Assembly: GCA_034667905.1 (NCBI GenBank)
Contig: JAXDQK010000023.1
Location: 13,467 to 77,466 of the forward strand
Source: Gammaproteobacteria bacterium
Lineage (GTDB): Bacteria; Pseudomonadota; Gammaproteobacteria; Steroidobacterales; Steroidobacteraceae
DNA: 64,000 nt
Direction: 5' to 3'
The position numbers were made by a program, and so were the translations under genes. Below, one piece after another: positions 60,057-64,000 of the stretch (within the stretch, counting starts at the first letter, position 1; every line of letters starts with the position of its first letter). Below the pieces are notes generated by a model. That model ran no database searches. It was given only the letters and a program-made list of their open reading frames with translations, and was not told where the DNA came from.

Positions 60057-60844
60057 GTACCCAAAATGACGAAGCCGAAGGCGATCCGGTACCAGGCGAA
60101 CACCTTGAAATTATGGCGGCTGACGTAGCGCAGCAAGGCCCGGACCGCAATCATCGCGCTGATGAAGGAGGCTACCGATCCCACGCCGATCACCGCCAAA
60201 TCATCGGCATTCAAGAGATGTCGCGCTTTGTAGAGTGAGAAAACCGTCGCACCGATGATGGTGGGAATGGCGAGGAAGAATGAAAATTCAGTGGCGGCGG
60301 GGCGCGAAAGTCCGCGCAGCAAGCCGCCCATGATGGTCGCACCCGACCGCGAAGTGCCGGGAATGATGGACAGGGTTTGCGCGATGCCGATCCAAAGCGC
60401 ATCCGCGGGCTTCACGGCATCCACATTCTCGATGCGTGGCGCGCGCTTGCGGCTCTCGATCCACAGGATAAGGATGCCCCCGACGATGAACGCGGTCGCG
60501 ACCGGGACCGGCGCGAACAAGTACTTCTTGATCGTAGCGATGAAAATCACGCCGAGTATGGCCGCCGGCAGGAACGCAAGCACCAAGTTCAACGTGAAGC
60601 GTTGCGATTCTCGATTACGCGGCAAGGTCGCGATCACCGTCCACAACCGCCTGCGATACACCCAACAAATGGCCAGGATCGCAGCGAATTGAATCACGAT
60701 TTCGAATACCTGACCCTTCTCGTCGTTCCAATTGAGCAGGCTCCCGACCACGATCAAGTGCCCGGTGCTGGACACCGGCAGGAACTCCGTTAGGCCCTCG
60801 ACCACGCCTAAGATCAACGCCTTTATCGCAACGATCAGATCCAT
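60029..60844 (-). CDS. uppP: Undecaprenyl-diphosphate phosphatase
   Basis: GVVEGLTEFLPVSSTGHL, GTSRSGATI. 271 aa polytopic. Canonical BacA/UppP motifs. Confidence 0.95.
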   Translation of the reverse strand: MDLIVAIKALILGVVEGLTEFLPVSSTGHLIVVGSLLNWNDEKGQVFEIVIQFAAILAICWVYRRRLWTVIATLPRNRESQRFTLNLVLAFLPAAILGVIFIATIKKYLFAPVPVATAFIVGGILILWIESRKRAPRIENVDAVKPADALWIGIAQTLSIIPGTSRSGATIMGGLLRGLSRPAATEFSFFLAIPTIIGATVFSLYKARHLLNADDLAVIGVGSVASFISAMIAVRALLRYVSRHNFKVFAWYRIAFGFVILGTWYFGLVKW

Positions 60845-60866
60845 ATAGCCGCCTATGATGCGCCCA

Positions 60867-60901
60867 CAAAAAAGCCCCGGCCGCCGTGAAGCGGTCGGGG
60901 C
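60867..60901 (-). terminator. Rho-independent terminator downstream of the 63-aa ORF
   Basis: Minus strand reads GCCCCGACCGC-UUCACG-GCGGCCGGGGC (11-bp stem with one G-U, 6-nt loop, 60901-60874) followed by UUUUUU (60873-60868). It sits 15 nt after the TAA at 60919-60917. Confidence 0.82.
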
Positions 60902-60916
60902 GTTATACCAATGATA

Positions 60917-61108
60917 TTACTTGGTTGTCGAAGCAGCAGTGGATTTCTTGTGCTTCTTGGCGGCGTGCTTGTGAGACTTGGTCGCAGGCGCAGCGCCGGT
61001 GCTGTCGCTCGCTGTCGGGGTGGTCGATTGCGGGCTGGCGGCCATGGAGGCGGCGGCGAGGCCCAAGGTCAGTAATGCAGTGGTAACGAGGGTCGCAGAC
61101 TTCTTCAT
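60917..61108 (-). CDS. Small secreted Lys/His-rich protein (63 aa), hypothetical
   Basis: GGAGA SD 5 nt before the ATG. Signal peptide MKKSATLVTTALLTLGLAAASMA, Ser/Thr/Pro-rich middle, C-terminal KSHKHAAKKHKKS. Followed by its own strong terminator. Confidence 0.62.
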   Translation of the reverse strand: MKKSATLVTTALLTLGLAAASMAASPQSTTPTASDSTGAAPATKSHKHAAKKHKKSTAASTTK

Positions 61109-61186
61109 GAGATCTCCAAAACGGTGGTTGAGGCTCGAGCGGTGCGAAGAATACGACGGATTGGCGGGTTTCGGCCGAGATGAAGA

Positions 61187-61696
61187 TCATTTCACATTGA
61201 TTGCGCGTACCGTGCCGATCGGCCGATTCTTGGTGCGCACATGCCACACTAGGTAGGCCACCACGGCCGCGTTGGCGATCAGAATCAAAGCCTTGCCCAC
61301 CGTCGGTCTGTAGAATATTTCCCACGCTTCCAGAGGAATGAGCGAGGCGGTAATGATGACCGTCAACCACTCGGCCCAACGTTTCTGCAACCACAAGCCC
61401 ACGCCCTCGACCGCGAACACGGCCGCATAAGCAAGCGTCACCAACTGCATGGCATGGATTCGAGTGACGCTCAACCCACTGAACCACTCCAGCAGCTGAG
61501 TAACGATGCGGTGCTCCAAGCCGTAGGGTCGCGCCTGCGCCCAAGACAGCAGCTTGGCGGCGAGCGAGGCGTCCCGAAGCCGCAATTCCCCGTAAGCGAC
61601 GCCGAGCAACAGCACGACCTTCACAAGTTTGTAAAGTGCGATGGTGCGCAGTACCCCAAAGCGCGGCTTGGGCGCTGGCGATGGCTGGCCTGTCAC
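61187..61696 (-). CDS. DUF2127 family membrane protein
   Basis: LRTIALYKLVKVVLLLGVAYGELRL ... IPLEAWEIF ... ANAAVVAYL. Four-TM pattern typical of DUF2127. Preferred over the overlapping 291-aa ORF 60903..61778, which has Arg-rich junk composition. Confidence 0.72.
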   Translation of the reverse strand: MTGQPSPAPKPRFGVLRTIALYKLVKVVLLLGVAYGELRLRDASLAAKLLSWAQARPYGLEHRIVTQLLEWFSGLSVTRIHAMQLVTLAYAAVFAVEGVGLWLQKRWAEWLTVIITASLIPLEAWEIFYRPTVGKALILIANAAVVAYLVWHVRTKNRPIGTVRAINVK

Positions 61697-61701
61697 AAGT
61701 C

Positions 61702-62082
61702 TTACGCCTGACCTGCAGGCGGCTGGAATTCCAGGGTGGCGTCGAGCAACGCGGGTATGTCAAAAACCGCCCGCTCATTATCGATCACCAGAGGCGCGAC
61801 GCCCGCGGCCGCCACCAGCGCCGCCGGCACCTGGATGCGATCATTCTCGCGGGTCACCGTCCATGTTTCCAGGCGTTTGTCCTGGAACGCCAGATTGAGC
61901 GCACCCCATCGCAGCAAGGCCGCACGCGCCAGCGGGGTATCCCCGCCCCAGTGCCGCCGAGCCAGCGTCATGGCCGAACTGGCCGCGATCTCCCCATGCG
62001 GAAGCGTCATCAGATCCTGAATGTATTTCACCATTTCGTCCGGTGGAACGTGCAAGGTCAAATACGGCGCGGCGTCGCTCAT
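61702..62082 (-). CDS. Hypothetical cytoplasmic protein (126 aa), no family recognised
   Basis: Tightly packed (9 nt after the ABC ATPase stop, 5 nt before the DUF2127 start). Coding-like third-position GC. No TM, signal or motif recognised. Confidence 0.55.
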   Translation of the reverse strand: MSDAAPYLTLHVPPDEMVKYIQDLMTLPHGEIAASSAMTLARRHWGGDTPLARAALLRWGALNLAFQDKRLETWTVTRENDRIQVPAALVAAAGVAPLVIDNERAVFDIPALLDATLEFQPPAGQA

Positions 62083-62091
62083 AGCTTCATT

Positions 62092-63393
62092 TTAAGTCGG
62101 ATTCTCCAAGCTGAACATGGCATTCTCGTCATCATAGGCAAACGCCTCCGCATATCTGCCCCAGCTCACCACCGCTCGGAGGCTCTGCTCCGCGGCCTCC
62201 TCGGACATAAAGTCCTCCAATTCGTCGATAAAGCGGCTTTTTCGGGCGGAATGCGAGGCCCGCTCGTCCAGCACCCTACGGACATGGGCAGCCAGTGGCA
62301 CGTAAGTCAGCAAATGACGCAAAAATATGCGCTTGCGCTCATCCACCGCCGCGTGGGCAAACGCCAGGCCATCGTCGGTCAGCTTCAGATCGCCCCCTTC
62401 CAGCTCGGCGAAGCGCAGCATTTGGAGCGTCTCGGCCACCGGGAACAGCTCATCGATCTCCATGGTGAGATCTGAGGCGATTTCCGGCAGGTCGGCCTTG
62501 CCATTGAAAGGCGGCGCGGCGACCGCTTCTATCAGACCGGCCAGCAAGTTCGAGGAGACGTGGGGCAGTACGCTGCCGATGCCCAATCCCGGAAAATTCT
62601 CCTTACGGCCCGCCACACCGCCCGCGGGTCGCGCCGTCATTTCAACATAAATGCGTTCCACCAATTCCCTGAAGCTCGGATCCAAACGATTGCGCGGCTG
62701 CGGCAGCGTGACTTTGATCTCGCTCAAAATCCGCCCCGGATTGCTGCCGAACACCAGCACCCGATCGCACATTAGTACCGCTTCTTCAATGTTATGGGTC
62801 ACCAAAATCACGCCTTTGATGGGCATTCGGCCCTCGGCCCACAGGTCCAGAAAGTCCGTTCGCAAGGTCTCTGCGGTGAGCACGTCGAGCGCCGAAAACG
62901 GCTCGTCCATCAGCAAGATATTCGGATGAACCACCAGCGCCCGGGCGAAGCCGACACGCTGACGCATGCCGCCGGACAGCTCGCGTGGATAAGCGGACTC
63001 GAATCCGTCCAAGCCGATGAGGTCGATGGCGGCCAGCGAGCGCTTGCGAATTTCGGGGCGCGACATCCGCTGCGCTTCGAGTCCCAGGGCGACATTTTCA
63101 AATACCGTCAGCCAGGGAAACAGAGCGAAGCTCTGGAACACCATGGCAATCCCGGGAGCAGGTCCGTGGATCGGCTTCCCCATGTACCGCAGATTCCCGG
63201 CAGTGGGTTCGGCCAAGCCTGCAATCAAGCGCAATAAGGTCGATTTGCCGGAACCTGAACGGCCAAGCAACCCTACGATTTGTCCCTCGCGCACCTCCAG
63301 GTTCATTCCTTCCAATACCAACAATTCCGCGCCGTCAGGTTTCGGAAAGGCTTTGCGAACTTCGGTGCATTGCAGTAGCGGAGAGTCATTCAT
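62092..63393 (-). CDS. ABC transporter ATP-binding protein (NitT/TauT-like) with C-terminal AAA-associated domain
   Basis: Walker A GRSGSGKSTLL, Q-loop, signature LSGGMRQRV, Walker B LLMDEPFSALD, H-loop VTHNIEEA. An extra ~170-aa C-terminal domain (LPEIASDLTMEIDELFPVAETLQMLRFAELEGGDLKLTDDG) resembles the AAA_assoc_C family. Confidence 0.9.
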   Translation of the reverse strand: MNDSPLLQCTEVRKAFPKPDGAELLVLEGMNLEVREGQIVGLLGRSGSGKSTLLRLIAGLAEPTAGNLRYMGKPIHGPAPGIAMVFQSFALFPWLTVFENVALGLEAQRMSRPEIRKRSLAAIDLIGLDGFESAYPRELSGGMRQRVGFARALVVHPNILLMDEPFSALDVLTAETLRTDFLDLWAEGRMPIKGVILVTHNIEEAVLMCDRVLVFGSNPGRILSEIKVTLPQPRNRLDPSFRELVERIYVEMTARPAGGVAGRKENFPGLGIGSVLPHVSSNLLAGLIEAVAAPPFNGKADLPEIASDLTMEIDELFPVAETLQMLRFAELEGGDLKLTDDGLAFAHAAVDERKRIFLRHLLTYVPLAAHVRRVLDERASHSARKSRFIDELEDFMSEEAAEQSLRAVVSWGRYAEAFAYDDENAMFSLENPT

Positions 63394-63405
63394 GGCAAAA
63401 CCCTA

Positions 63406-64000
63406 CTAGGTAAGTCGATATTTGCGCTCGGCGTAGTAATACAAGGGGCGCCAAAAGAGGCGGTTGATGATCACGACGAACAAACTCATGGTGCCGATCC
63501 CGAGCACGATGCGGTGAAAGTCCCCCGCCGTGGTCGCCTCAGCGATGTAAGACCCTAAACCACGTGCCTGCACCTGCGTGTCTCCCCAGGTCGCCAGCTC
63601 CGCAACAATGGCCGCGTTCCAAGAACCGCCCGATGCCGTGATCGCCCCCGTCACATAGAACGGCAGAATTGCCGGCAAGGCAACCTTGCGCCACCACAGC
63701 CAGCCGGTGACGCCAAAATTCGCGGCAGCGTAACGCATCTCCGAAGGAATGGACGAAGCTCCGGCGATGACATTGAATAAAATGTACCACTGCGTTCCCA
63801 AAATCATCAGCGGGCTCAAGTAAATGTCCGGGTTCAGTTTCCATCGAACGATACCGAACACCGCGATCGGGAACAGCAGGTTGGCTGGAAATGCCGCCAT
63901 GAACTGCGCGACGGGCTGCACGATTTGCGCGGCACGCGGCCGCATGCCCACCCAGACGCCGATCGGCACCCACAGCAGGCTGGCGAGTGCGATCAGGATG
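63406..64000 (-). CDS. ABC transporter permease (NitT/TauT-like), C-terminal part; gene runs off the right edge
   Basis: The reading frame stays open to the window edge (..ILIALASLLWVPIGVWVGMRP). EAA-like loop AAANFGVTGWLWWRKVALPAILPFYVTG. The track start at 63969 is an internal GTG. Confidence 0.86.
   Translation of the reverse strand, partial: ILIALASLLWVPIGVWVGMRPRAAQIVQPVAQFMAAFPANLLFPIAVFGIVRWKLNPDIYLSPLMILGTQWYILFNVIAGASSIPSEMRYAAANFGVTGWLWWRKVALPAILPFYVTGAITASGGSWNAAIVAELATWGDTQVQARGLGSYIAEATTAGDFHRIVLGIGTMSLFVVIINRLFWRPLYYYAERKYRLT

Noticed and set aside
60903-61778. 291-aa minus-strand ORF overlapping the small secreted ORF and the DUF2127 gene
   Set aside because: It is an alternative frame of DUF2127, which has a clean 4-TM profile. 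This ORF reads through the intergenic region and has Arg/Gly-rich junk composition.

Overview
This is a GC-rich, very gene-dense (about 1 gene per kb), mostly minus-strand core chromosomal segment of a gammaproteobacterium-like genome. The backbone is collinear with the Pseudomonas-type block guaA-guaB | xseA ... der-bamB-yfgM-hisS-rodZ-pilW-rlmN-ndk-iscA-iscU-iscS-trmJ | suhB ... secF-secD-yajC-tgt-queA | tRNA-Leu. It is followed by xerD-dsbC, fatty-acid/ETF genes, zapE, a 1605-aa NAD-glutamate dehydrogenase, gpmA, formaldehyde detoxification genes (frmA-fghA), uppP and an ABC transporter.

I support about 70 features. These include one tRNA-Leu(CAA), two riboswitches read directly from the sequence (TPP and cobalamin) and one clean intrinsic terminator. 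I see no transposase, phage integrase, CRISPR array, restriction/defence genes or rRNA, and no clearly new multi-gene system.

The most interesting items are:
- a TPP-riboswitch-gated YkoF-like / PnuC-family / ThiK-like kinase module, a candidate uptake-and-trap thiamine salvage unit;
- a stripped-down ISC locus that lacks iscR, hscBA, fdx and iscX, and whose IscU-like protein has lost 2 of its 3 cluster-ligand cysteines;
- an ABC permease + ATPase (with C-terminal AAA-associated domain) + 126-aa orphan + DUF2127 operon;
- an M23 peptidase / two bactofilins / SPFH / DUF748 neighbourhood;
- several orphan lipoproteins and small secreted proteins.

All family calls come from motif recognition by eye, and no database search was run. 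Many start codons were re-assigned from the ORF track, which often over-extends ORFs in this GC-rich DNA. Riboswitch boundaries are approximate (+/- 10 nt).
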